Part shown: positions 38,675 through 47,837 of the stretch, one piece after another
Layout of the letters: every line of letters begins with the position of its first letter
Numbering within the stretch: the stretch's first letter is position 1
Assembly: GCA_029775855.1 (NCBI GenBank)
Contig: JARVJZ010000001.1
Location: forward strand, 32,001 to 96,000
DNA from: Nitrososphaeria archaeon
GTDB lineage: Archaea; Thermoproteota; Nitrososphaeria; Nitrososphaerales; JAAOZN01
Length of the DNA stretch: 64,000 bases
Direction of reading: 5' to 3'
Made by a program: the position numbers and the translations under genes
The notes under the pieces: generated by a model
Told to the model about the DNA's origin: nothing
Database searches by the model: none
Seen by the model: the letters and a program-made list of their open reading frames with translations, nothing else

Positions 38675-39716
38675 TTCTGTTTTTTAGCAGTGTTATGTTT
38701 GGTGTAGGTGCTGGTGGTATGCCTCGTAGTACTGCTAGGTATAGTGTCGTGTATTCTAGTAGGTATAGTGTTGACATTAATTTCTTGAATAGTGTATCTT
38801 CCTTTGTATATATGATGTGATATTTGGAGCCCGCTTTTTCTACGAGCTCCATAAGTGTGTCGAATCTCTTCTTTAACTTTACATCTCGCTCTTCTAATAT
38901 GAAGAGTGCTCTTGTGTTCAAGGCGCTTGGATACCATGCTTCGATATCGTTGTGGCAAGCTTCCGGCAGCACTTCTACTAACGCGTGCATCTTAGCATTT
39001 TCGTTAAGTGAATTCTTGAATCTTATGAGCACCCCTCTATATTCTTGAGTACCATAGATTATAGGGTATCCGTCATGTAGATGATAGGCTATCTGCTTTG
39101 CTTCATTCATTTCCAAATTATTTAATACACCTATAGAACTCCTTACTCTGCGTAAAGTATCTATAGCGTTATTAAGTTCATATGCTGAAACTAATTCATA
39201 TCCGAGTTTGCTTAATATGATTAGGGTTGAGTAGAGTATAGATGGCAGTGCGGTTCTTGGCGTTAAAGCCTTGCCCAGCTTCACATGCTTTATGCCGTTC
39301 TCTACACAGATCTTTTCAAGCCTCCCGCCTGAGGAGAGTCCAACTACTATGCAGTTCCGCTTTAGAGCATCCTCTAAGGCTGTTAAAGTTTCTTCAGTTT
39401 CACCAGAGTAGCTGACGGCTAAGACTAAAGTCGAGCTATCTACGAAGTTTGGTAAATGGTAGCCCTTTACTACGAAGATTGGTGGGATATCTTGTTTATT
39501 GAAGGATAAGTCTTGTATGATGTCGCCAGCACATCCTGAGCCACCCATACCACAGTAAACAATCTTATCCACTTCTCTCTCTTTAAGGTCTACTACAATC
39601 TTCATGGCTTGCTCTGCTTGCTCAGGCCAACTCTCATAATCTTTGTATAGCCCTTCTCTATCTATACGCTCAACATCATCTTTTGTGGGTTTCATATTAT
39701 CCACCCTTTTTTGCAC
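38652..39716 (-). CDS. Bifunctional phosphoglucose/phosphomannose isomerase
   Basis: GMGGSG, SYSGETEET, SSGGRL, PR.A, NENAK, PEACHN. Confidence 0.92.
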   Translation of the reverse strand: MQKRVDNMKPTKDDVERIDREGLYKDYESWPEQAEQAMKIVVDLKEREVDKIVYCGMGGSGCAGDIIQDLSFNKQDIPPIFVVKGYHLPNFVDSSTLVLAVSYSGETEETLTALEDALKRNCIVVGLSSGGRLEKICVENGIKHVKLGKALTPRTALPSILYSTLIILSKLGYELVSAYELNNAIDTLRRVRSSIGVLNNLEMNEAKQIAYHLHDGYPIIYGTQEYRGVLIRFKNSLNENAKMHALVEVLPEACHNDIEAWYPSALNTRALFILEERDVKLKKRFDTLMELVEKAGSKYHIIYTKEDTLFKKLMSTLYLLEYTTLYLAVLRGIPPAPTPNITLLKNRIRLHQQA

Positions 39717-40948
39717 ATTTGAAAGAGCTTCTCTATCATTTTCAAGTATGCTTCGGTTGGGTCTTTTCCTCTTCTATTCATCATCCTTCTTTGAACCTTT
39801 ATTGCTTCCTCTAAACTCAGAGTTTCGATGCCAGCATTAAGCCCCTTAGGACAGAATGTGAAGGGTTGAATATCTGAGTCTATCAACCCACCTATATGGC
39901 TATGTGGGCCTATCTTTTTACCTGTGGTTATTTGTGTGCCTATTGAAGTCTTCACCCCATCGCCTACGAAGCAGCCTACTTTTACACGCTTCGTGTTTAT
40001 AGTGTTCTCTCCTATGTTGACTTTCACTTCACCGTATGTGTTTTTGAGGTCGGAATTGTTGGTTCCAGCACCTATATTTACCCACTCTCCTATGATTGAG
40101 TGCCCTATGTATCCTAGGTGAGCCTTGTTGGTATAGTTTAAGATTATTGAGTTAGAGACTTCGCCGCCTATCTTACACCCTTCACCTATTACACTACCTT
40201 CTATTGTAGAGAATGATTTAATGAGGCTATGTTTCCCTATGTAAGCCGGGCCAGAAATTCTTGTGGAGAATTGGATTTCACATCCTCCATCTACAATTAC
40301 AGGTCCTCTGCGTGTATCAAATATGGTGAAGCCTTCTAGCAACGCACCTTCGGCTATCCTCAACGCTGACCTATCACCCTTAACTTGGATGTTTGCGGCA
40401 TCAATCTTAGACGCATTAAACCTCTCTTCCTTTAAATCATCCATTAACGCGGATTCGATAAGCTCTATAAGGTGCCAAGGGTATCTTGCTCTAAGAACAT
40501 TCGGCGTCTCATAGGTAATTGTGGTATCTGTTAGTAGATGAGAGTAGGATTTACATTCTCTCACAGCTCGCGTAATCTCATCTAGCTTAGGTTCACCTAC
40601 CTTAGCAGCCGCGACAACATCTTGATCTAAGATTATGATATCTTTGTTTTTTGAAACCATCTTCTCCAGTAAATCTTTGCGGCTGGCGTCAAATAGTCCG
40701 TTTACCATTATCGCCTCTGCATCCACTGACTCAGGGTTCACATCTAGGTTAGGGTTCCTCTCCTTAACAACATCCTTTAGATATTCTGGCACCATCAAAC
40801 TAACATGGCTTGGTTTTAGAGCATCAAGAAGCCTATCTAATATGCTCTTCACACCTAACGGAAGTTCAAACGCTGCTCTAGTATAGGTGAGAGGCTTAAA
40901 ATTAGACGATAGGACCGGGTCGTCAAAGACTATAAGGTTTAACCTCAA
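39692..40948 (-). CDS. GlmU-like sugar nucleotidyl/acetyltransferase with left-handed beta-helix
   Basis: PLTYTR, PWHLI, hexapeptide repeats, NKAHLGYIGHS.IGEWVNIGAGT..SDLKNTY. Confidence 0.85.
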   Translation of the reverse strand: MRLNLIVFDDPVLSSNFKPLTYTRAAFELPLGVKSILDRLLDALKPSHVSLMVPEYLKDVVKERNPNLDVNPESVDAEAIMVNGLFDASRKDLLEKMVSKNKDIIILDQDVVAAAKVGEPKLDEITRAVRECKSYSHLLTDTTITYETPNVLRARYPWHLIELIESALMDDLKEERFNASKIDAANIQVKGDRSALRIAEGALLEGFTIFDTRRGPVIVDGGCEIQFSTRISGPAYIGKHSLIKSFSTIEGSVIGEGCKIGGEVSNSIILNYTNKAHLGYIGHSIIGEWVNIGAGTNNSDLKNTYGEVKVNIGENTINTKRVKVGCFVGDGVKTSIGTQITTGKKIGPHSHIGGLIDSDIQPFTFCPKGLNAGIETLSLEEAIKVQRRMMNRRGKDPTEAYLKMIEKLFQMCKKGWII

Positions 40949-40964
40949 GGGTGCATCGACTTAT

Positions 40965-41669
40965 CTAAAGGATTTTACCAAGTCTCTCAAGATACTTTCT
41001 GTATGCCAAAGCATACGACTTCTTGTCGCCTATGTCTATGAACCCATCTTCTACAACATAACCATAAATCCGTGCTCCACTCTTTATCATATTTTGAAAG
41101 GCCAAATCCATACTATAAACCACACCTTCAGGAATATAGTTGAAGATCTTGGGTTCCATAAAGTAGCAACCTATGTTAATCAATCCTCCAAATTCAGGCT
41201 TCTCTCTCCAGTTTTTCACAAAGCAGTCAGCGTCAACATCTATGAGACCATATTTTAACGCTACCTTGTATTGTTTTAACGCTATAGTTGCATCAGCCTT
41301 CTTCTCTTTATGCTTGTTGACCAAATCTTGTAGGTTAAAGTCAAAGATTGTGTCACCATAGACACATAAGAAGGCTTCATCTATAAAAGGTGCGGCGCTT
41401 TTTAGCTGCCCAGCTGTGCCCATAGGCCTACTTGTGCGTATGTAATTAATTTTAACACTGAATTCTGAACCATCCTTAAAGTATTCTTCAATCGTCCTCC
41501 TTAAGTAGCCTACGCACATGTATATGTCTGTGAAACCAAATTTTTTAAGCCAATCTAACACATACTCTAAGACTGGTCTTTCACCCAAGGGTAGCATCGG
41601 CTTAGGTAGAAAGAGTGTATATGGTCTAAGCCTTGTTCCTAACCCAGCGGCGAGTATAACAGCTTTCAA
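40965..41669 (-). CDS. Sugar-phosphate nucleotidyltransferase
   Basis: AVILAAGLGTRLRPYT..PKPM, MGTAG, YGD, IDIG. Confidence 0.92.
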   Translation of the reverse strand: MKAVILAAGLGTRLRPYTLFLPKPMLPLGERPVLEYVLDWLKKFGFTDIYMCVGYLRRTIEEYFKDGSEFSVKINYIRTSRPMGTAGQLKSAAPFIDEAFLCVYGDTIFDFNLQDLVNKHKEKKADATIALKQYKVALKYGLIDVDADCFVKNWREKPEFGGLINIGCYFMEPKIFNYIPEGVVYSMDLAFQNMIKSGARIYGYVVEDGFIDIGDKKSYALAYRKYLERLGKIL

Positions 41670-41726
41670 TTGACGACCACACAGAACCTAAATAAGCCAC
41701 TGTTAGTTAAAGTTTACACCAACATC

Positions 41727-42419
41727 CTACACGACGCCTTCAAAGATCTTAGAGCGGTACTCAGCCAAAACTAATTTTATGCTCTCAATAGAAGACCCTA
41801 AAGATAAGGAGTTAAGTATTACACCCCTACAACCTGTCTGACGCAAGATAGGTAAGAACTTAGGTTCAAATATCTTCTGAACCAGATCCAACACAGGCTT
41901 CTCCGAAAGTGACACAAGAAGCCTCAATGTGCCCAAATCCAGTGCACTCATATTCTGAGCTACTGCTTGGGAAGGTGTTATAGCCGCAACTAACGCATCT
42001 ATATTCGGGTCTTTAGACAACGCCCTAACCTGCTCAATAACATATCCAGCACCTACAGCAGCCAGCTTAGAAACTCTTGTATCAGCTAGAGCGAGTAGAG
42101 GCATCTGGTGTGCAAACATGATGAGAAAGTCTATGCCCGCCTCCACAACTCTCTCCCATTCTTCTGCTTCGATATGTATAGTGTCTCCTAGATATAGACC
42201 GACTGGTACGCTTACGGTTGATGCTACACTGCGAATACCTTCTTCTTCCAACTCAAAGTCTCCAAATCTATTTGCTCCAAAATCCGATGCGCCAGCACTT
42301 ACAATTATAGCGTCTGAACCTCCTTCCTCAGCTGCGGCTGCTAGGTCAACTCTATTCGCCAATAGAGCTGTTAGGAAAACAAAATTCTTTTCTGAAATTA
42401 TCTTTGTGATTTTAGGCAA
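41727..42419 (-). CDS. Hypothetical protein, probably TIM-barrel fold
   Basis: Alternating beta/alpha pattern (GGSDAIIV, VPVGLY, AGIDFL, KPVL, GCRGVIL); same strand as and upstream of the sugar-nucleotide genes. Confidence 0.55.
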   Translation of the reverse strand: MPKITKIISEKNFVFLTALLANRVDLAAAAEEGGSDAIIVSAGASDFGANRFGDFELEEEGIRSVASTVSVPVGLYLGDTIHIEAEEWERVVEAGIDFLIMFAHQMPLLALADTRVSKLAAVGAGYVIEQVRALSKDPNIDALVAAITPSQAVAQNMSALDLGTLRLLVSLSEKPVLDLVQKIFEPKFLPILRQTGCRGVILNSLSLGSSIESIKLVLAEYRSKIFEGVV

Positions 42420-42485
42420 GAGTTAAACCTCGCGTCGCATCCTTCTCTAAGATTCATGCCTATTGATTTAAATTGTTTGTTAATT

Positions 42486-43412
42486 TTAAGAAACAACTTT
42501 GTCAAGCATCATCGCAATAAATAAGAGCGCAAGATATGGGCTTGACAGTTTGAAACCAATCCAAGCTCGCTTCTTAGTAGGCTTAACCACGAGCCAGAAG
42601 TTCAGCGCTAATACAACAGCACCTAAAATTGCTGTTGGAATCAAGTAGATCAATCCAAATGCTCCAACATAGTATATGCCGATGCTGAAAGCTACCATTA
42701 ATATTGATGTCGAGGCAATACATCTAACAGCAACCTTATCATCTACCACAACTGGTAGCATAGGCACTCTAGCTTTAGCATAATCCTCTTTCGCATAGAG
42801 TGCAAGTGTCCAGATGTGCCCCGGTATCCATAGAACTACAAGTGCTGCCATAAGAAGAGAAGTTAAGTCAATCATATTCGTGACAGCAACGTACCCTATG
42901 ACTGCTGGTGCGCCTCCTGAGAATCCTCCTAGAATTATGCTTACAGGGTTCCTCCGCTTCAAGAACTTGCTGTAGACCAAGATGTTATCCACAAGCCCAA
43001 AGATCATTAGTAAGGCTGCTAGTATGTTGATGAATAAAGCTAAGACTACAGATAACACAGACAGCGTTAAACCGTAGTAGAGCGCTTTCTCAGCAGGGTA
43101 AATTCGGCGTGTAGGCAGAGGACGAAGTCTAGTTCGATTCATAACCGCATCTATATCCCTATCAATGTAACAAGTGATGGCATTGGCGCCAGCAGAGCCT
43201 AAAGACACAGCAACCACCGTAAGCACAAGCATATATGGATCTATGGCTCTACCGGCTGCTACCACATATCCGCCAAGCGCTGTAAACACAAGAAGATACC
43301 ATATACGTGGTTTGGTCACTTCAAAATATGCCTTGACGCCCTCAAGCCAACCCAAGCCCGTCACCATAAAGTTAAGTCTTAACATAACTATAAATATAGT
43401 TTGTTCAAGCAT
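42486..43412 (-). CDS. ctaB: Protoheme IX farnesyltransferase (heme O synthase)
   Basis: TKPRI, DRDID..M.RT..RPLP, YSKFLKRR, DYAKARVPMLPVV. True start may lie a few codons downstream. Confidence 0.93.
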   Translation of the reverse strand: MLEQTIFIVMLRLNFMVTGLGWLEGVKAYFEVTKPRIWYLLVFTALGGYVVAAGRAIDPYMLVLTVVAVSLGSAGANAITCYIDRDIDAVMNRTRLRPLPTRRIYPAEKALYYGLTLSVLSVVLALFINILAALLMIFGLVDNILVYSKFLKRRNPVSIILGGFSGGAPAVIGYVAVTNMIDLTSLLMAALVVLWIPGHIWTLALYAKEDYAKARVPMLPVVVDDKVAVRCIASTSILMVAFSIGIYYVGAFGLIYLIPTAILGAVVLALNFWLVVKPTKKRAWIGFKLSSPYLALLFIAMMLDKVVS

Positions 43413-43420
43413 TATACCGT

Positions 43421-44671
43421 ATGCAGATAGAGTATACCGATCCAGACGAAGTCTTCAAAGAACTACTTAAAGCGCAGCAAGTTAAACCCCAAGTACTTAC
43501 TGTTAATATCTCTGACGCTTTCAATTTCGTTTTAGCCGAAGATGTAGCCTCTCCAATAGATGTGCCAGCTTTTAACAGTTCTCATCTAGATGGGTTTGCT
43601 GTTAGATCTATGGATACAGAAGGTGCGTCTCTACAGAACCCCATAATACTCAACATTAAAGGCTCAATAGATCTAGGTGAGCTACCTCCAGTAACCATCC
43701 AGAAAGGCGATAGCTACCAAGTTAGAACTGGGAGCTATCTGCCAGAAGGTTGTGATGCGGTTGTAGGAAAAGAGGATGTAAAGGTTGAGGGAGACAAAGT
43801 TTACGTTACGAAGCCTGTAAAACCAGGATCAGAGGTTGTTAGAAAAGGGTCAGATGTAGCCAAGGGTATGGTCGTGCTTCGAGCTGGTCATAAGATCAAG
43901 GCTCAAGATCTGGGTATGCTAAGACTTCTGCGTCTCGACAAAGTAAAGGTCTACGCTAAACCAGTAGTTGCTGTAGCATCAATAGGCAGTGAGCTTACAG
44001 AAAGCATAGAGGAGGCTGAAAAAGGTAAGACCTTGAATACACACGCCTACACTCTAACAGCCTTGATAAAGAGCGCTGGAGGCGAACCTCTCTACCTCGG
44101 TATAGTGCCTGATGACACCGCAGCGATAAAAGACATAATAGTTGAGGGTCTCTCCAAAAGCAGCTTAATGCTCACTATAGGTGGCTCATCTATCGGCGAA
44201 GCAGACCTCGTCTCAAAAACTCTTCAAACCTTTGCACCAACAATGCACAAACATGGTTTAAAACTTCACCCAGGCCGAGTTGCTGGATGCTGTGTGGTTA
44301 AAGGAAAAGCGATAATCATACTCCCAGGCTTAATTCAATCTACAATAAACGCCTTTGTCTACTTAGCTCTACCTCTTATACGCCACCTCTCTGGACTTGA
44401 CACCTCTAGATGCGAAGCCACGGTAAGAGCTAAGCTCGCTGAAGACTTAGTCTTCCACAGATTCCCAGACTTCAAGAAGATGACTTGGGTCTCCCTTAAA
44501 AAGGCTGAAGAAGGGCTACTCGCATACCCTATACGTGGAGACTCGCCAATGCTTAATGTGCTTGTAAGAGCTGACGGCTACATCTTAACCGAACCAAACA
44601 AAATGATTGTTGAAAAAGGCACAGCGGTAGATGTAGCTCTTGTGCCTGGATTATCCTCCTTACCTAAGTAG
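43421..44671 (+). CDS. moeA: Molybdopterin molybdotransferase
   Basis: VLAEDV.SP.DVP.F..S..DGFAVRS, TGSYLPEGCDAVV, GSEL, GGSS.G..D. Confidence 0.9.
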   Translation: MQIEYTDPDEVFKELLKAQQVKPQVLTVNISDAFNFVLAEDVASPIDVPAFNSSHLDGFAVRSMDTEGASLQNPIILNIKGSIDLGELPPVTIQKGDSYQVRTGSYLPEGCDAVVGKEDVKVEGDKVYVTKPVKPGSEVVRKGSDVAKGMVVLRAGHKIKAQDLGMLRLLRLDKVKVYAKPVVAVASIGSELTESIEEAEKGKTLNTHAYTLTALIKSAGGEPLYLGIVPDDTAAIKDIIVEGLSKSSLMLTIGGSSIGEADLVSKTLQTFAPTMHKHGLKLHPGRVAGCCVVKGKAIIILPGLIQSTINAFVYLALPLIRHLSGLDTSRCEATVRAKLAEDLVFHRFPDFKKMTWVSLKKAEEGLLAYPIRGDSPMLNVLVRADGYILTEPNKMIVEKGTAVDVALVPGLSSLPK

Positions 44672-44704
44672 AAACCCTTTTTTATCACACCTCCTCTAAA
44701 AAAG

Positions 44705-45547
44705 ATGATAATAATGCAACCAGCCTATACAACAAGCGAGATCTACCATAAGGTAGCCGAGCTCTTAGAGGATGGAAAGAGATTCGTCCTAGCCTCAGTT
44801 ATTCGTGCAGCAGGCTCAACACCACGAGGCACAAGCGCTAAAATGATAATTCTAGAGGATGGCAGCAGCATAGGCACGATAGGAGGAGGATGCTTAGAAA
44901 CCTATGTGTTCCACGAATCTAAAAAGGTCTTCGAAGACGGCATACTAAGAATCATAGAGGCAGATCTTGGTGACGATAGCTGGTCTGGGCTGGGTATGGC
45001 ATGCGGGGGGAAGGTAGAGTTAGCTTTGGAGCTTGTAGAGCCTAACCCTAGGCTGATAATACTTGGTGCTGGTCATCTTGCAAAGGCGGTAGCCAAAGTA
45101 GGGCGATTTGTAGGTTTAAGGATAGTAGTTATAGACCCATTCGCAAAACCTGAGGATTTCCCTGAGGCAGAAGCTGTAATCTCAGAAGGATACAGAGAGG
45201 GCGTATCCAAGATACCAATCTACACTTACGATAGTGTAGTTATATGCACAAGGCATCAAGGTGATGAAGAAGCGCTAAAATCAGTTATAAACTCCAAAGC
45301 AAGATACATAGGAATGGTTGGAAGCTCAAACAGGGTTCAGCTGGTCTTTAAAGAACTTATCAAGCAAGGCTACCCAGAAGAAAAGCTTCTAAAGATCAAC
45401 GCGCCAATAGGCTTAGAAATCGGCGCTGAAACACCAGAAGAAATAGCTGTCAGCATAATAGCCGAAGTAATAATGAGCCGCCGAGGCGGCACTGGCGCAC
45501 CAAAGAAGATAAATAAAATCGAGCAAGCAGTAATAGAAAAAACCTAA
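44705..45547 (+). CDS. xdhC: XdhC/CoxI-family molybdoenzyme maturation factor
   Basis: GSTPR, GTIGGGCLE, GMACGG, GAGH, YIGMVGS, PIGLEIGAETPEEIAVSI. Confidence 0.92.
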   Translation: MIIMQPAYTTSEIYHKVAELLEDGKRFVLASVIRAAGSTPRGTSAKMIILEDGSSIGTIGGGCLETYVFHESKKVFEDGILRIIEADLGDDSWSGLGMACGGKVELALELVEPNPRLIILGAGHLAKAVAKVGRFVGLRIVVIDPFAKPEDFPEAEAVISEGYREGVSKIPIYTYDSVVICTRHQGDEEALKSVINSKARYIGMVGSSNRVQLVFKELIKQGYPEEKLLKINAPIGLEIGAETPEEIAVSIIAEVIMSRRGGTGAPKKINKIEQAVIEKT

Positions 45548-45568
45548 CCTTAATCCAGAGGCTTCGTT

Positions 45569-46150
45569 TTGATAAGCGTAGTGGTGCTAGCTGCTGGTCT
45601 GTCGACCAGATTTGGCGAGAACAAGATGCTATACCCCATCGAAGGGGAGCCTATGGTTAGAAGAGTTGTGAAGACCGCTCTCTCTTCGTCGATAGATGAA
45701 GTTGTTGTAGTAATAGGATTTGAAGCTGAGAAGGTAAAAGCAGCTCTCAAAGATTTAAACTGCAAATTAGTAGAGAATCCAGAATATGCCACTGGAGGCC
45801 AAAGTTCCTCTGTGAAATGTGGTGTAAAGGTAGTAAGAAAAGATGCTGACGCAGTTATGATACTTCCAGCTGATGTTGCCTTTATAGACCGCGAAGTAAT
45901 CGATATGGTCGTTGAGAAGTATAAAAGAGAGAAGCCGAAGATAGTTATCGCATCATACAAAGGTAAGGCGGGGCACCCGATACTATTCGACAGAAGCCTC
46001 TTGCCAGAAATTCTAATGATAGATGAAGCAGGTTATGGGTTGAAGGCTGTTGTAAAGAGGCATCAGGACGAAGTGGTTCAGGTTGAAACAAGCACACCAA
46101 ATGTGCTGCTTGATATAGATAGAAAGAGCGATTTAGGCAGAAGAGCTTAA
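45569..46150 (+). CDS. mocA: Molybdenum cofactor cytidylyltransferase-like protein
   Basis: VLAAGLSTRFG.NK, NPEY..GQSSS, GHPILF, DID; follows xdhC. Confidence 0.85.
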   Translation: MISVVVLAAGLSTRFGENKMLYPIEGEPMVRRVVKTALSSSIDEVVVVIGFEAEKVKAALKDLNCKLVENPEYATGGQSSSVKCGVKVVRKDADAVMILPADVAFIDREVIDMVVEKYKREKPKIVIASYKGKAGHPILFDRSLLPEILMIDEAGYGLKAVVKRHQDEVVQVETSTPNVLLDIDRKSDLGRRA

Positions 46151-47037
46151 ACCAGAGCCCTACCGCACTTAGGGCAGAACGCGCTCTCAGAGCGCAACTC
46201 CGCTCCACAATATCTGCATTTTACTGCTTTAACAAGCGCGCTCTTTGTTTCTACTGCCGTTTTCTCCGGAAGACGCTGCTTCTCATACTTCTTAGCCACA
46301 AGTATACCTGCTTCGAGAAGTATGACGATAGGTAGGAAGAGCGCAACATCAGCTATAGGGCCACCATCTGGTGTAATAAGTGCGGTCAACACGAAAGCCC
46401 CAGCATAAACATACTTCCTGTTCTTAGTGAGAATCTCTGTGCCAACTATATTGAATTTAACGAGCAGCACAAAGATTACTGGAAAGGTGAATACTAGTCC
46501 ACACAGTATTACAAGAATGAACACAAGAGTATAGAAGTCCATCACGTAAACAATCGCTTCAACTTGAAGCGCTTCAAAGAAGGGTAGAAGTGCCCAAATC
46601 ATAAACGGTGAAAGGATCTTATATCCAAAAACCGCACCAACCACAAAAAGAGACATGAACGCAAACACAAACGGATAAACCATTCTTCTCTCCTCAGGGT
46701 AAAGAGCTGGGTCAACAAACCTATAGATCTGGAAGAAGATGACTGGAAGACTTACGGCAACGCCTAAGGCAAATGATGCAAGCACATACAGTTCAAGAGG
46801 TGTCGTAATTTCACCAGCTATAAGCCGAACCGATGGAGGAAGGATATCCCCCCTTATGTATGTGAGCAGAACCGAAACCAGCGGCTTAAAAACAGGCGGG
46901 TTATGCAAAAAAGATAAATCAGCAGGCAACGCCATAAAAATAATTGTAGAAGCTACAAGAGTATATAGAATAACCTTCAACCTACTCGCAAGCTCAGCCA
47001 TATGCTCTTGAAATGTAAGTTCCTTATCCTTCGACAT
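46147..47037 (-). CDS. tatC: Twin-arginine translocase TatC with C-terminal zinc ribbon
   Basis: TFQEHMAEL..RL, FVDPALYPEE, RKY, ITPDG; tail CRYCG...FCPKCG. Confidence 0.9.
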   Translation of the reverse strand: MSKDKELTFQEHMAELASRLKVILYTLVASTIIFMALPADLSFLHNPPVFKPLVSVLLTYIRGDILPPSVRLIAGEITTPLELYVLASFALGVAVSLPVIFFQIYRFVDPALYPEERRMVYPFVFAFMSLFVVGAVFGYKILSPFMIWALLPFFEALQVEAIVYVMDFYTLVFILVILCGLVFTFPVIFVLLVKFNIVGTEILTKNRKYVYAGAFVLTALITPDGGPIADVALFLPIVILLEAGILVAKKYEKQRLPEKTAVETKSALVKAVKCRYCGAELRSESAFCPKCGRALV

Positions 47038-47155
47038 ACTGCCACCTAATGGTCTACTTTCTACACCGCCCCTCTAGAGCATAAAAGCACTCTTTAATCG
47101 TTTACCTTATCATCTAACGCAAATAACTTGAAACTCAATTAATCAAGCAGTAAAC

Positions 47156-47521
47156 CTACGTTGGTTGACCGCTCTCTGTCTTAGTCTGCGGCTGCGTGGT
47201 TGGAGGTTGGGTAGTACGTGCCCGCTCTAATATTTCTTTAGATATCTGCTCCCTCGTCTTACCCGCAGTCTCTATCCCTAAGTTCTTGGCTGTTTGAATA
47301 AGGTAGTCGTCACTTGCCATTTTAGGTTCAGAAGTTGAAGCAGGTTCAGGCTCTGGTGTGGGGTTAGTAAACTCCTTCTGCGCCTTTTCAAACTCCTTTC
47401 TAGCCTGCCCCAAAGCTCTAGCAAGCTTCGGAATCTTATCCGGCCCCCAAATCATTATCACCGCTAGGATGGCGAGAATAACTATCCACTCCCAGCCAAC
47501 TATCGCCACACTATCCACCAC
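47156..47521 (-). CDS. tatA: Twin-arginine translocase TatA/E
   Basis: GWEW-TM-WGPDKIPKLARALGQARKEF amphipathic helix. Confidence 0.9.
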   Translation of the reverse strand: MVDSVAIVGWEWIVILAILAVIMIWGPDKIPKLARALGQARKEFEKAQKEFTNPTPEPEPASTSEPKMASDDYLIQTAKNLGIETAGKTREQISKEILERARTTQPPTTQPQTKTESGQPT

Positions 47522-47837
47522 ACTATCTCCACCTAACGGTGGATATAAAGTATTCCCAGAAGTGATGTAAGCTATAAAACTGTCGACTCGTTTAAGAACT
47601 AGTTTAGAAAGGTCATATGCATATGTATTGTCTAACTGTACAAATAGCTCCCAAACACTTTTGAACTGACGAAAAGATTAAATGCGATTGAATCAGTGCT
47701 AACTTTACAAGTTGATGCACAATGTTATCAGAGCGTGGTATAAATTCTTTAATGATGTTCTGGCTACATTTAGCCATGTTAAAGAATTCTATCTTAATTG
47801 TCTCTTCAAGGTTCGCTAGAATGCCACATAGGAGGAG

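Noticed and set aside
38671-38958. 95-aa same-strand alternate-frame ORF inside PGI/PMI
   Set aside because: Fully nested in a conserved gene, with no sign of frameshift in the main ORF.
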